Position numbers and translations under genes: made by a program | Shown: in pieces, positions 1-10,056 of the stretch | How the letters are laid out: each line of letters begins with the position of its first letter | Position numbering within the stretch: position 1 is the first letter of the stretch | The notes under the pieces: generated by a model | Seen by the model: the letters and a program-made list of their open reading frames with translations, nothing else | The model's database searches: none | Told to the model about the DNA's origin: nothing | DNA from: Gemmatimonadota bacterium | Lineage (GTDB): Bacteria > Gemmatimonadota > Gemmatimonadetes > Longimicrobiales > Gaopeijiaceae | Length of the DNA: 64,000 bases | Direction: 5' to 3' | Assembly (NCBI GenBank): GCA_034521595.1 | Contig: JAXHMG010000003.1 | Location: 288,001 to 352,000, forward strand

Positions 1-1477
1 CACGTCCACGGGCGGTAGCACGGCGCTTCATTTCGCCGCCACCACATCGAGTCAACCGGCGGTGGCCGCGTTGATCGCATACGGCGCGAACGTCGACACT
101 CGTGAAGATCATTGGGACCAGACCCCTCTGATGTTCGCGGCTTCGAAGGGCCGGCTCGAGACCGTGGAGACCCTGTTGGACGCGGGCGCCGACGTGAACG
201 CCATGTCCGGTGTGCGTGACATGCGCGTGCGCGAGGCGGAGGATGATGCCGGTGAGGATATCCGGGACCGGGTCCTCGAAGAGCTTCGGGCCGAGCACGA
301 GGCCAAAAGCGGTGACGAGAACTGGCGGCCGAGCCCGAGCGAAGTGCAGATGGCTCTGCGACGGGCACGTGCGGAGGACGGTCGGGAAATCGAGGGGTCC
401 GAAGACTTGCCGGGCTCGGCATATATTCCGCCGGAGAAGGTGGATGAGTACCGGAGCGAGGAGTCCGAGGAGTACAATCCGTCGTATGCCGCGCTCGTTG
501 GGGGTCAAGGTGGCCTGACGCCGCTTCTCCATGCCGTTCGGGAAGGTGAGCCCGAAGTCGCGCTTCGACTGATCGAGGCCGGGGCTGACATCAACCAGCG
601 GAGCGGTGGTGACGGCACGAGCCCGCTGCTCATGGCCGCCATGAACGGTCACTTCGACATGATGTTCGAGCTGCTCGACCGTGGTGCCGACCCGAACCTC
701 GCGAGCGATGCCGGCACAACGCCGTTGTTCGCGGTGATCAACACTCAGTGGGCGCCGAAGGCGCGGTACCCTCAGCAACGGGCGTACCTGCAGCAGGAAG
801 CTTCGCACCATGACATGATGCGAGCCTTGCTCGACGCCGGTGCTGACCCGAACGTGCGGCTGACCAAGCACCTGTGGTTCATGGAATACACGTTCAGTCA
901 CCTGGACGTGGACATGCGGGGAGCCACGCCATTCTTCCGGGCTGCACACGCTCTGGACGTGGAAGCTATGAAGATGTTGGTGGAGGCCGGCGCGGACCCG
1001 ACGGTTCCGACGAAGAAGCCGCCGGAGCGTCGTCGTCGGTATGATGATGATGAAGAGGAAGAGGAAGAGGATCCATCCGGGCTGCCCCCGGTCGAGGAAG
1101 GCGGCCCGGCGGTGTATCCGATCCACGTGGCCACCGGGCACGGATATGGCACGGGGTACGCCGGCAACTCACACCGGCATGTTCCGGACGGGTGGATGAA
1201 CGCCGTCAAGTACCTCGTGGAAGAAGTTGGAGCCGATGTGAATGCCCGGGACTACCGGGGTTATTCGCCACTCCACAATGCGGCAGCGCGGGGTCACGTG
1301 GAGATGTTGGAATACCTAGTCTCCAAGGGCGCCGACCCCCTCGCGGTCAGTCGGCGGGGCCAAACGACCGTCGACATGGCCAATGGACCGGTGCAGAGAA
1401 TTCAGCCCTTCCCGGAAGCGATCCGCTATTTGGAGAGCTTGGGGGCTGAGAACAACAATCGGTGTCAGTCCTGCTGA
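1..1477 (+). CDS. Ankyrin repeat protein (5'-truncated by window)
   Basis: Repeated TPLxxAA...GADxN ankyrin motifs; frame is open back to the window start (TALHFAA). Confidence 0.9.
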   Translation, partial: TSTGGSTALHFAATTSSQPAVAALIAYGANVDTREDHWDQTPLMFAASKGRLETVETLLDAGADVNAMSGVRDMRVREAEDDAGEDIRDRVLEELRAEHEAKSGDENWRPSPSEVQMALRRARAEDGREIEGSEDLPGSAYIPPEKVDEYRSEESEEYNPSYAALVGGQGGLTPLLHAVREGEPEVALRLIEAGADINQRSGGDGTSPLLMAAMNGHFDMMFELLDRGADPNLASDAGTTPLFAVINTQWAPKARYPQQRAYLQQEASHHDMMRALLDAGADPNVRLTKHLWFMEYTFSHLDVDMRGATPFFRAAHALDVEAMKMLVEAGADPTVPTKKPPERRRRYDDDEEEEEEDPSGLPPVEEGGPAVYPIHVATGHGYGTGYAGNSHRHVPDGWMNAVKYLVEEVGADVNARDYRGYSPLHNAAARGHVEMLEYLVSKGADPLAVSRRGQTTVDMANGPVQRIQPFPEAIRYLESLGAENNNRCQSC

Positions 1478-1527
1478 TGCATAGCAGGGGCTGACACGGG
1501 AGCACGATCCCGGTCGCCGTGAAGTTC

Positions 1528-1568
1528 AAAGGGCCCGACGCCGCTCACTTTGGGCGTCGGGCCCTTTT
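1528..1568 (+). terminator. Rho-independent terminator
   Basis: 15-bp stem AAAGGGCCCGACGCC/GGCGTCGGGCCCTTT ending in a T run. Confidence 0.75.
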
Positions 1569-1692
1569 CGTGTTCTATGTGCTTCGCCGCCATGGATCTT
1601 GCGGGGACAGGTGGCGCGGCCCTACGGTCACCGAGATGCTAACCGAAAGGGAAGGCATCCTCCACATACCTTCGAGAAGGAGCGACACTCCG

Positions 1693-2367
1693 ATGACTAC
1701 GGTAAGGAGCTTCTCAGGGCGTAGCTCGATGGCCCTGAGCCTGTGTGCGGTGGTAACGGTGTTCGCGGCACCGGCCGTCGCGCAGGATTCGCCCGCACAT
1801 GCCCACATGGGTCATGTGGCCGACGGGTTCGGAAACACTCCCGACGGCGCGGGCCTGTTGCCGACCGCCATCGCGGAGGCCGAGGTTGCTCGCCAGCACG
1901 CGGAGTTGGCGTTGCGGGACACGGAGGACCTCGGGGCCATGCAACGGCACGCAGGGCATGTGCTCCATGCGCTGGATCCGTCCAGGATCCAAGGAGGGCC
2001 GGGAGCGGGCTACGGTGTCGTCGAGGGCGCCTCAGGCGTCGTCCGCCATATCGAGATGGCCGGCGAGCACGAGAGCGCGAGCGAGAACATCAAGACCCAT
2101 GCGACACATGTCGCGACCGCGGCCGGGAGCGTCGTCGCACGCGCCGAGGAAGGGGCGACCCTCGCGGAACGTATCGTGAATGCCGGGTCGGCTGCCCAAG
2201 CGGCCGAGCTACTGGAGGAGCTGGCCACGCTGACCGAACGAGTTCTGCACGGCTACGATGCCGATGGAGACGGTCGAATCGGGTGGCAGGAGGGGGAGGG
2301 GGGCTTGGCTCAGGCCGAACAGCACATGACCCTCATGAAGCGCGGAGAGGGAATGAGCGGCGGCTGA
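1693..2367 (+). CDS. Secreted His-rich hypothetical protein
   Basis: Signal peptide ending AVA-Q; many His; C-terminal DADGDG EF-hand-like motif; ATG 1693 chosen over 1519. Confidence 0.7.
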   Translation: MTTVRSFSGRSSMALSLCAVVTVFAAPAVAQDSPAHAHMGHVADGFGNTPDGAGLLPTAIAEAEVARQHAELALRDTEDLGAMQRHAGHVLHALDPSRIQGGPGAGYGVVEGASGVVRHIEMAGEHESASENIKTHATHVATAAGSVVARAEEGATLAERIVNAGSAAQAAELLEELATLTERVLHGYDADGDGRIGWQEGEGGLAQAEQHMTLMKRGEGMSGG

Positions 2368-2397
2368 TCCTGCCATAGAGTCGTACAAGGAGACAAC

Positions 2398-2440
2398 GAC
2401 AAGGGGCGTACCACGCTTTGAAGCGTGGACGCCCCTTGTC
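2398..2440. terminator. Hairpin between convergent genes
   Basis: GACAAGGGGCGT(A)CCACGCT / AGCGTGGACGCCCCTTGTC inverted repeat. Confidence 0.55.
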
Positions 2441-2477
2441 GCGTCCGCTGTTTGGGATCGGGTGACGAGCCCGGTGC

Positions 2478-2852
2478 TCAACTCCCCCCGGGTTCCGAGA
2501 TCTCGACGCTCACGGTGTCGGAGGTGCCGCCGTCTCCCGTCTCGAGCCGGCCGACCACCTCGAAGCTGCCGGCGATCTCGTAGGCGTATTTCACCTCCTC
2601 GATCCGCTCAACCTGGTTGGGCGTCTGAGCGACGATGGTGTCCTGAACGCCGTCTCCGTAATCCAACAGGACCCCCAGAATGGAGGTTCCCGAGGCGTCG
2701 TACGTGAAGGTGATAGAATCACCCACTTCGGCTGACGCCGGGTCGGCCGTCAGGGTGAAGCTCAGGGCGCGCGTCCCGGTGATGTCGTCGTCCAGGCACG
2801 CGGCCAGGACACCGGTGGAAAGGAGTGCCGTTAGGGCGACGAGTTTCTTCAC
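2478..2852 (-). CDS. Lipoprotein with PKD/Ig-like domain
   Basis: Lipobox LAAC; beta-rich sequence with DYGDG PKD-like motif. Confidence 0.75.
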   Translation of the reverse strand: MKKLVALTALLSTGVLAACLDDDITGTRALSFTLTADPASAEVGDSITFTYDASGTSILGVLLDYGDGVQDTIVAQTPNQVERIEEVKYAYEIAGSFEVVGRLETGDGGTSDTVSVEISEPGGS

Positions 2853-2985
2853 GATCTCACTGATCCAGTTTGAGGTGTGGCACGTACGCTAATGAATAAC
2901 GTACCCGGCGGTGGCTCGACAGGGTTCACCCGGAGCCCGGTGGATGACGGCGAGGGAAGAGCCCGGGACCGTGGCAGTGTTGCCG

Positions 2986-3037
2986 AAAAAACGAAAGAGC
3001 CGCTGAAGCTCAACTGCGCTTCAGCGGCTCTCTCGTT
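2986..3037 (-). terminator. Terminator of susC/susD operon
   Basis: GAGCCGCTGAAGC/GCTTCAGCGGCTC stem followed by T run on minus strand. Confidence 0.75.
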
Positions 3038-3102
3038 CAGGCCCGTGGCATTCCGGAGTGCGGACGGTTCCGAAGAACCGCCGCACCCGGAACACCCAGG
3101 GT

Positions 3103-4533
3103 CTAGTTCACCGTCGGAATGTTCGGGTTGGCTTCCCGCTCATCGTCCGGAATGTCGAAGCAGCGAAGACGGTCGGGCCCACCCCTTTGATCGGCGGCTG
3201 CCTTGGCGTCGTCGAAGACCTCGGAGACGAGCTCGAACGGCGGGCGGCGAACGTCGCCCCCCAGACCCTGACCGTCTTCCCAACGACGGAGGTCGCCGAG
3301 ACGGCGGGCTTCGCCCCAGAGCTCGATGGCACGCTCGCGCATCAGGTAGCTCATTGCAGTCGGGACGTCGCTCGCCGGGGGAAGCGGATCCCAGCCCGGA
3401 AGCTGGCCGAACACGTCCGGGGGCGTTCGGTCGAGCTGACCCCCGTTGTCACTCTCGATGCCCTCACGGAGGTCACCGATGATGTCCATCGCTTCCGGCC
3501 AGTCGCCATCGTTGAGCGCGGCCTCGGCTTCGATGAGGCGCATCTCGTCGTAGCTCGCGAGCCGGAAGTCGTCGCCACCGCCGGTGTATTTCTCCTGGTT
3601 GAGCCACGGTGTCTGCCCGTAGCCCTGGAGCGCGGCGTTGGAGAACGGCACGGTCTCACTCTGTGGCAGAACGGAGACCCGGGGGTCGCCCGTCAGCTCG
3701 TAATACCCGTCGAACTCGGGCAGCGAAGGATCCTGGCCTTCGAGATCACTGTCGCTGCCGCCGTAATACGTGAACCACATCGTGTAGCCGCGGTACGGCG
3801 CATCCGCGTTCGCGTAGTACAACCGGTTCCGCGTCGGCGGATCCTGGTTCACCGAGTTGAGCGCGAATTCCCAGCTCTCGTCGGTGATGGCGCCGGCGTC
3901 CGTCTCCGCGCCGTCCCAGTCGCCGAGCCACACCCGTACCTGGGCGCGGCCCGCACGGGCGGCGAGAACCAGCTCCGGGTCCGTGCCGTTGTTGATGGCG
4001 TTGGTGAAGTGCTCTTCGGCCCGTGTCATGTAGACGGATCCGGGCTGAGCTTCGCCCCCGTCGAACACGGCTTGGCACCAGTTCTCTCCAAGGACGCGGT
4101 TGGCGTAACCGGCCCACACCATGGCCTGTTGGATGACCTCGGGCTCGGCTTCATCCTCGGTGCCTTCGACCTCCGCGAAGAGGTCGAGGGCGGTCTCGGC
4201 TACGAAACGTGCCTGTACGGCGTCGTTGAAGTGGCCGTCGAACGAGCCCGGCTCGAGGTAGCCGCCCTGCACGAGCACGTCATGGCCGTGCGCCCCCGTC
4301 TGTCCACCCGGGAAGATCTCCCGGGCGGGCAGCGCGGAGGTGTAGCTGATGAAGTTCATGGCTTCGAGCAGCCTACGGCCGGAGCCGTTCACCAGTGCTT
4401 CGTGCGACTCCTTTTGGGACAGGAATGCGTCCTGAACCGGACCGGGGTTCGTCACGTCACAGGCGCCCATGAAGAGCAAGCCCGTGAGCGCGACGCATCC
4501 CGTGATGGTATGTCGTCTATGTGTAGAGTTCAT
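3103..4533 (-). CDS. RagB/SusD-family outer-membrane lipoprotein
   Basis: Lipobox MGAC; LIEAEA and ERAIELWGEARRLGDLRR motifs; directly downstream of SusC-like gene. Confidence 0.85.
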   Translation of the reverse strand: MNSTHRRHTITGCVALTGLLFMGACDVTNPGPVQDAFLSQKESHEALVNGSGRRLLEAMNFISYTSALPAREIFPGGQTGAHGHDVLVQGGYLEPGSFDGHFNDAVQARFVAETALDLFAEVEGTEDEAEPEVIQQAMVWAGYANRVLGENWCQAVFDGGEAQPGSVYMTRAEEHFTNAINNGTDPELVLAARAGRAQVRVWLGDWDGAETDAGAITDESWEFALNSVNQDPPTRNRLYYANADAPYRGYTMWFTYYGGSDSDLEGQDPSLPEFDGYYELTGDPRVSVLPQSETVPFSNAALQGYGQTPWLNQEKYTGGGDDFRLASYDEMRLIEAEAALNDGDWPEAMDIIGDLREGIESDNGGQLDRTPPDVFGQLPGWDPLPPASDVPTAMSYLMRERAIELWGEARRLGDLRRWEDGQGLGGDVRRPPFELVSEVFDDAKAAADQRGGPDRLRCFDIPDDEREANPNIPTVN

Positions 4534-4548
4534 CGTTGATCATTCCCC

Positions 4549-7524
4549 TCAGAACGTGATCCGGAGCGAGGCCCGGAAGGAGATCGGGTTGGGTACGCGC
4601 TCGGTCGCGCCGAGGCCGCCGGAGTTCGCGCCCTGGTTCCCGAGCATCTCGGGATCCATCCACGGAATGTCCTTCATCCAGAGAACGGAGTTGTTGAGCG
4701 AGAGCGTGAGGGTGGATCCCGTCACGCGGTCCGGGAACGCGAAGTCCATCGGGATCGAGGCGCTGACGCTCCGCAGCTTGAAGTAGTCGGCATCGTACCA
4801 GTAGCCCTCTTCCTCACTCGGCGTGCAGCGTGCGCGCCAAATGGCTGGTGTGTTCGCCTCGTCGAGCGCGACACCCGTCTCGCCCTGATAGTACGGATAG
4901 CAGAGCGGCGAACGCACCGACCGAGAGACCGAAATCGGGTTGATCTCGATGACGTTCCCGCCACGGTACTCACCGCGCGCTGCGAGCACGATTCCGCGAG
5001 GCAGGCGCAGGCTCGTGTTGAGGTTCACCGTCCGGGTCGGAAGCTCGGGGCCCCAGAGGTACTGCTCGTCGTACTCGGGATCCGCGATCTCGTCCGGGTT
5101 GGTGACCCGGAATCCGCGGTTGACCGGTACCGGCTGACCTTCGATGACCCAGCCACCGAGCGCGTCGAATTCGGACGCGCCGCCGAGGTCGATGACTTCG
5201 GACTTGTTGGTGGTCAGGTCCACGCCGATGTCCCAGCTGTAGTCGGCCGTCTCGATGGGCGTGACGTTCAGCCCGAACTCGAGCCCCTTGTTGTTGAGCT
5301 CACCCACGTTCTGGAGCTGTGACTGCGAGAAGCCGGAGGACGGGGTCTGCCCGACGTCGAGCAGGGCGTCCGTCGTGGTCTGGTTGTAGTAGGTGAAGAC
5401 CAGGTTCAAGCGGTCGTTCCACCACGAAGCGTCGAATCCGGCTTCGAACTCGCCGGTGACTTCCGGACCGAGGTCGGGGTTGCCGACGTTCTCCGGCACG
5501 AAAGCCGGCACGTCGCCCCAGCCGATCGGGTCCCAGGTGCGTACCGCGTCGAACGCGCCGGGCGCACGGCCGGACTGTCCATAGGCCGCGCGCAGCTTGA
5601 CCTGACCACCCGCTTCCGGCCAGAAAGATTCGTCGGATATGACCCACGAACCGCTGACCTTGGGATAGACCTGGAGGCCGAAGCCCTCACCGAAGGCGCT
5701 GTTGCCGTCCACGCGCACACCGGTCGTCAGGAAGTACTTGTCGGTGATGTCGAGCACGTTCTGGAAGAAGAAGCCGGCGTTCCAGACACGCTCGCGCTCC
5801 TCTTCGGCGATCTTGATCGACGCCGAGCTGACGGTGGGCTCGGCGGCACCGGGGAAGATCTCACCCCAGCCCTCGAGCTCGCGGATCTCGTCGCCGACGG
5901 CCTGACCACCCCATGAGAAGTTCGAACGGAGCGCGTCGTTGATGTCCAAGCTGTACGTACCGACATAGTCGAACGTGAGCAGACGGTTCTGCCACGTGTT
6001 GTTCAGGAGCGCCCCGTCCGGCCGCTGCTCGAAGCCGAACGGCCGGAGGTTCCGGGCCTCCTGCTGCGAGAAGTCGTACCCGATGGTGAACCGGTTGGTC
6101 AGGTTGTCGAGCGGCGAGTACGTGACCGTACCACCCGTGGTGAACCGCTCGATGCGCTGCTGAATGTCGAACGGAAGAACCTCGCTGATCCGGTCGAAGT
6201 CACCGGACCCGAAGTAGTTCTGGTCCTGACGGAACACGTTCAGCGTGAGTCCCTGGGCGTTGTTACCGCTGGGAGTGTTCTGCTGCCACTGGTTCGTGTA
6301 GCCGGTGTTCAACTGGAGCTGCAGGCCTTCCGTCGGCGTGAACGTGAAGTTCCCCCGCGTGGTCCACTTCTCGAGCTGGTCGCTCGGCAGCATGCCGACG
6401 ACGTCGTCGTACTGTCCGGAGACGAAGTACTGGAGGTCCTGTCCCCCGCCACGCACGGACGCGGAGTAGACCTGCGTCCAGTTGGTGGCGCCCGTACGGA
6501 AGTCGTCGTACATCCGGTTCGGGCTGCCGTCCGGAGCTTCGGGGCCCCAGCCGCCGTCACCGACGCCGAGCCAACCGTCCCGCAGGAACGGCTCCATGAA
6601 GAGGTACGGCACGTCGTCCGTGCCGAACTTCCGGGACCATGCGGTGCCCTGCTGTGTCTCCACCGTCCAGACCGGAGCGCCGGCGGAGCCGCGCTTCGTG
6701 AAGATCTGGATCACGCCGGCGGAGGCTTCCGTTCCGTACAGCGTCGTCGCCGCCGAGCCCTTGATGATCTCGATGCGCTCGATGTCGTTCGGGTTGATCG
6801 CGTCGAGCGGGCTGGCCGTCACGTTCGCGCCCCGCCCGCTACGGTAGTCGCGGCCGGCGGTCTGCGGGAACGCGCCGGACATCATGCGCACGCCGTCGAT
6901 GTAGATGATCGGCTGGTTGCTCATGCTGACGCTGGAGTTCCCGCGTAGGCGGATGACCTTACCCTGTCCGACCTCGCCGCCGGCGGAGGTGAGCTCGACA
7001 CCGGGCGCCGCGGACTGGAGGAGATCCGTCGCGACCGTCGGCCGGTCCGGCACGTCCGAAACGTTGATCTGGGAGATCGTGTTCCCGACCTCGCGGCGCC
7101 GGGAGGCGCCCGCGGTGCCGGTGACGACGATCTCGTCGAGCCCGAGCGCCTCGGAGTCGAGGGCGAAGTTGACCTCGGTCGCTTCTCCGGCCGTCACGTT
7201 GATTTCCTGGACGGAGGCCGCATATCCGATGCGTTCCGCTCGGAGCTCGTACGTGCCCGCGGGCACGTTGAGGATCACGAAGCGGCCGTCGGCACGGCTG
7301 AGCACGCCGAGCCCGGCGCTGGGGATGTGGACCTGGACCTCGCCGAGGGGCGCCCCGGAGGACGCGTCCTGGACTTGTCCGACCACCTGGCCGTTCTGGG
7401 CTTCGGCCGCGCTGGCCGAAGCGCCCAACATGACCGCGAGCGCGAGGCTCGCCAGCCAGCCGAGCCGCCGCGACGAGCTTCCGCTCGCTCGCGGCGTCCT
7501 GGATACAAACTTGGGTAGCATCAT
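4549..7524 (-). CDS. SusC/RagA-family TonB-dependent receptor
   Basis: Carboxypeptidase-regulatory-like N domain, plug (INPNDIERIEIIKGSAATTLYG), GNPDLGPE, C-terminal Phe. Confidence 0.92.
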   Translation of the reverse strand: MMLPKFVSRTPRASGSSSRRLGWLASLALAVMLGASASAAEAQNGQVVGQVQDASSGAPLGEVQVHIPSAGLGVLSRADGRFVILNVPAGTYELRAERIGYAASVQEINVTAGEATEVNFALDSEALGLDEIVVTGTAGASRRREVGNTISQINVSDVPDRPTVATDLLQSAAPGVELTSAGGEVGQGKVIRLRGNSSVSMSNQPIIYIDGVRMMSGAFPQTAGRDYRSGRGANVTASPLDAINPNDIERIEIIKGSAATTLYGTEASAGVIQIFTKRGSAGAPVWTVETQQGTAWSRKFGTDDVPYLFMEPFLRDGWLGVGDGGWGPEAPDGSPNRMYDDFRTGATNWTQVYSASVRGGGQDLQYFVSGQYDDVVGMLPSDQLEKWTTRGNFTFTPTEGLQLQLNTGYTNQWQQNTPSGNNAQGLTLNVFRQDQNYFGSGDFDRISEVLPFDIQQRIERFTTGGTVTYSPLDNLTNRFTIGYDFSQQEARNLRPFGFEQRPDGALLNNTWQNRLLTFDYVGTYSLDINDALRSNFSWGGQAVGDEIRELEGWGEIFPGAAEPTVSSASIKIAEEERERVWNAGFFFQNVLDITDKYFLTTGVRVDGNSAFGEGFGLQVYPKVSGSWVISDESFWPEAGGQVKLRAAYGQSGRAPGAFDAVRTWDPIGWGDVPAFVPENVGNPDLGPEVTGEFEAGFDASWWNDRLNLVFTYYNQTTTDALLDVGQTPSSGFSQSQLQNVGELNNKGLEFGLNVTPIETADYSWDIGVDLTTNKSEVIDLGGASEFDALGGWVIEGQPVPVNRGFRVTNPDEIADPEYDEQYLWGPELPTRTVNLNTSLRLPRGIVLAARGEYRGGNVIEINPISVSRSVRSPLCYPYYQGETGVALDEANTPAIWRARCTPSEEEGYWYDADYFKLRSVSASIPMDFAFPDRVTGSTLTLSLNNSVLWMKDIPWMDPEMLGNQGANSGGLGATERVPNPISFRASLRITF

Positions 7525-7830
7525 CACTACACTCCTGAGTTGGAGCACACGAAAACCCGAGGTCACCGATTCGCCGTGCTCGCTAGACGATCACGACCGA
7601 GAACCGGCCTCGGGGGGAGCGCGACGGCTCCGGGACACGATCGACGTGCCCGGCGCTCGCCGCACCAAAGAAAGCCAACCTGTAAAATGGCTGACATGTT
7701 CGCGATAGAAACCCCCGTTACGAGGCTATCGCTCAGCATGCACGATACGCGGCGAGATGCGTCACTGTCAACTAAAAAATACGGTCGCGGGAAAGCGCAG
7801 CGGGCGGTGGGGCAGGAATGGGGAATGCCG

Positions 7831-8340
7831 TCAGCGGCCGACCGGGATCGAGATGAACGGTGTCGGGATACGGATCTCCTGCGGTTGGTCTGGCTTGCGC
7901 CCCGCGTCCCCCCCGAAAGCGTCCATGATGGAGATGATGATGAACGCGGAGCCCGCGATCGCCCCTCCCGTGAGCAGCGCCGTCTTGCCCGTGTCCAACT
8001 CACGGCGCTCCACCTGGAGGATCTCGCCGCTGGGGACACGGATCGTCTGATCCAGAGACACCGTGTGGAAGCCTTCCCGACGTTGACCGACCCCCACCCT
8101 GAGCAGGACGTCGTTCGCTTCCCGACCCATCAGCGTGCCGCGGAGCGCGGGCACCTCGCCCTCGATGTCGGTGACCTCCAAGAGCTCGCTGGCGCCCTGT
8201 CGGGTGACCAGAACGCGGACGTCTTCGCCCGCGGGGGTGGACTCGAGCGTCGCCGGCACGTAGCTGAAGCAGCCGGAAAGGGAGAAGAGAAGGGCTGTCG
8301 CGGTCAGGGCCGCACGGGTACCGGTAGCAGGTCTGGTCAC
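7831..8340 (-). CDS. Hypothetical lipoprotein
   Basis: GTG with SD, lipobox LSGC, C-terminal hydrophobic segment. Confidence 0.65.
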   Translation of the reverse strand: MTRPATGTRAALTATALLFSLSGCFSYVPATLESTPAGEDVRVLVTRQGASELLEVTDIEGEVPALRGTLMGREANDVLLRVGVGQRREGFHTVSLDQTIRVPSGEILQVERRELDTGKTALLTGGAIAGSAFIIISIMDAFGGDAGRKPDQPQEIRIPTPFISIPVGR

Positions 8341-8378
8341 GGGGTGCCTCGAGGTGGGTGTGTGTCGAGCTTCGAACG

Positions 8379-9716
8379 TCAACGGAGGGAACGGAACAGG
8401 CGGTCCGCGAGCGTCGTCAACGTGGGCACGCCGACGCCGAGGACCACCGATCCGATCGTCTCGCTCGCGCCGGTTCCGTGGATCACGAGCATGTACCCCG
8501 AAGCGATGCCGAGTGCCGCCGTGAGGGACGTGGGGGTGATGCGGCCCCGTGACCGGTCGGTCTGGCCGCCCCACTGGGCGGCCGCGCTGCTTCCGAGCGC
8601 GGGAAGCGCCATGCTGAGGAAGCCGATGCCCGTCGTGGCCACGCCACCGCACCGTGTACGCAGCCCCAGGGAACCGGCGTCGGTGCGCCAGAGGCACTGG
8701 TCGGCAAGCGCGAGGCTCAGCCCGACCCCCACGGCGTTCGCGAGGAACGACGTGGCGAACACCCGCTTCCAGGCATAGGGTCGTGCCTCCTCGGTCCAGT
8801 CGAACCCGGCGTCGAGAGCCCCTTCCTCACCGGGGAGGCCGGTCGATCTGCGGCGTTCGGGGGGACGCCGGGTCTCGACGAGGAGCACGCCGTTGCCCGA
8901 GACGCTACCGTAGCGGGCTCCGGCTTCCGCGGGCGAGAGGATCTCCATGCGCTCGATGTCGGCGGGCCGGGTCGTCGTGTAGAAGAGCCCCGGGTCGGCG
9001 ATGCGCACGCCGTCCACGAACACGGTGAGCTCGCGGCATTCGCCTCCTCCCGAGCGGGCGCCGCGAAACTCGATGCACGCGCCTCCGAGGCGCCCGGGGC
9101 GCATGGAAGCGCCCGGGATCTCTTCGCGGAGGAGTTCATGGAGGCCACGGCCGGCTCGTCCGGCCAAGTCGATCTCGGGGCGTTCCACTTCGTTGATTTG
9201 CGCCCCGGTCGTCACGCGTCGCCGATCGAGATCCGTGAGCGTTTCGACCAGGAGCGGAGCCAACTCGATCGCGCGGGTCGAGATGCGGGCTTCCAGGGTG
9301 AGGTTCTCCGCCTCGTTCACCATGACCCGGCGCGCGTGCTCGCCGTACGACAGGTGCTCCAGCAGAAGCCGTTGCTCTCCGGCGGGGACGTCAGGGAGGG
9401 AGAACATGCCACGCTCGTCGGACAGCGTCTCGTGGTCGGAGCCCTCGATGCGCACCGCGACGTCTTCGACGGGTCTGCGGGTGTCCTCGTCGACGACGCG
9501 ACCGGTGATGGTACCGGTCTCGCTCGGTCGCTCGCCGGTGTCAGGCTCCTGGGCGGAGAGCGGGACGACCGGGATGCCGGCGAGGAGCGTGGCAGCGACC
9601 GCCACGACCGAAGCGAGGCGGGGCAGTGAGGCCCGTCGGGCCTGCCCACCCTGCCGATCCGACGAAGCCTGCGACACGTCGCGCGGGCCTCCCGTGAACT
9701 GCGGCGAAGTGCTCAT
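8379..9716 (-). CDS. Carboxypeptidase-regulatory-like + TonB plug domain protein with C-terminal hydrophobic helices
   Basis: ITGRVVD...; DIERMEILSPAEAGARYG...GVLLVETR plug motif; no beta-barrel. Confidence 0.7.
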   Translation of the reverse strand: MSTSPQFTGGPRDVSQASSDRQGGQARRASLPRLASVVAVAATLLAGIPVVPLSAQEPDTGERPSETGTITGRVVDEDTRRPVEDVAVRIEGSDHETLSDERGMFSLPDVPAGEQRLLLEHLSYGEHARRVMVNEAENLTLEARISTRAIELAPLLVETLTDLDRRRVTTGAQINEVERPEIDLAGRAGRGLHELLREEIPGASMRPGRLGGACIEFRGARSGGGECRELTVFVDGVRIADPGLFYTTTRPADIERMEILSPAEAGARYGSVSGNGVLLVETRRPPERRRSTGLPGEEGALDAGFDWTEEARPYAWKRVFATSFLANAVGVGLSLALADQCLWRTDAGSLGLRTRCGGVATTGIGFLSMALPALGSSAAAQWGGQTDRSRGRITPTSLTAALGIASGYMLVIHGTGASETIGSVVLGVGVPTLTTLADRLFRSLR

Positions 9717-10056
9717 GTTTCGATTCTCGCGAAGGGACGTGTACGATACACGGCCCGCCGAGCGACGGTTCCGGTACCGAAACCGTCGCCGTTGGGGCGG
9801 CCCATCCTGTGGAACGCCCGGCTCCGCGGCACGAGGCGCCCACGCCCCTCCGAACATGCGCCCCTCGGCCCCGGGTCTGCAAGGCTGTTGCGCACCCTTC
9901 GTCGCGCTCTCCTTCGGAACGTGTGAGCGGACCAACGCCGCACTAGCAGGCGTTCCAGTAACTAGGAGAGGCGACACGAGTGGTTGACCCCCTCCGTCCG
10001 CCCGCTACCGTTCGGGCACGGCCGTCCGCTTCCACCATTCCCACCGACTCGAGACG

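Noticed and set aside
1040-1072. GAT/GAA-GAG low-complexity tract
   Set aside because: Encodes an acidic linker inside the ankyrin protein; not a functional repeat.
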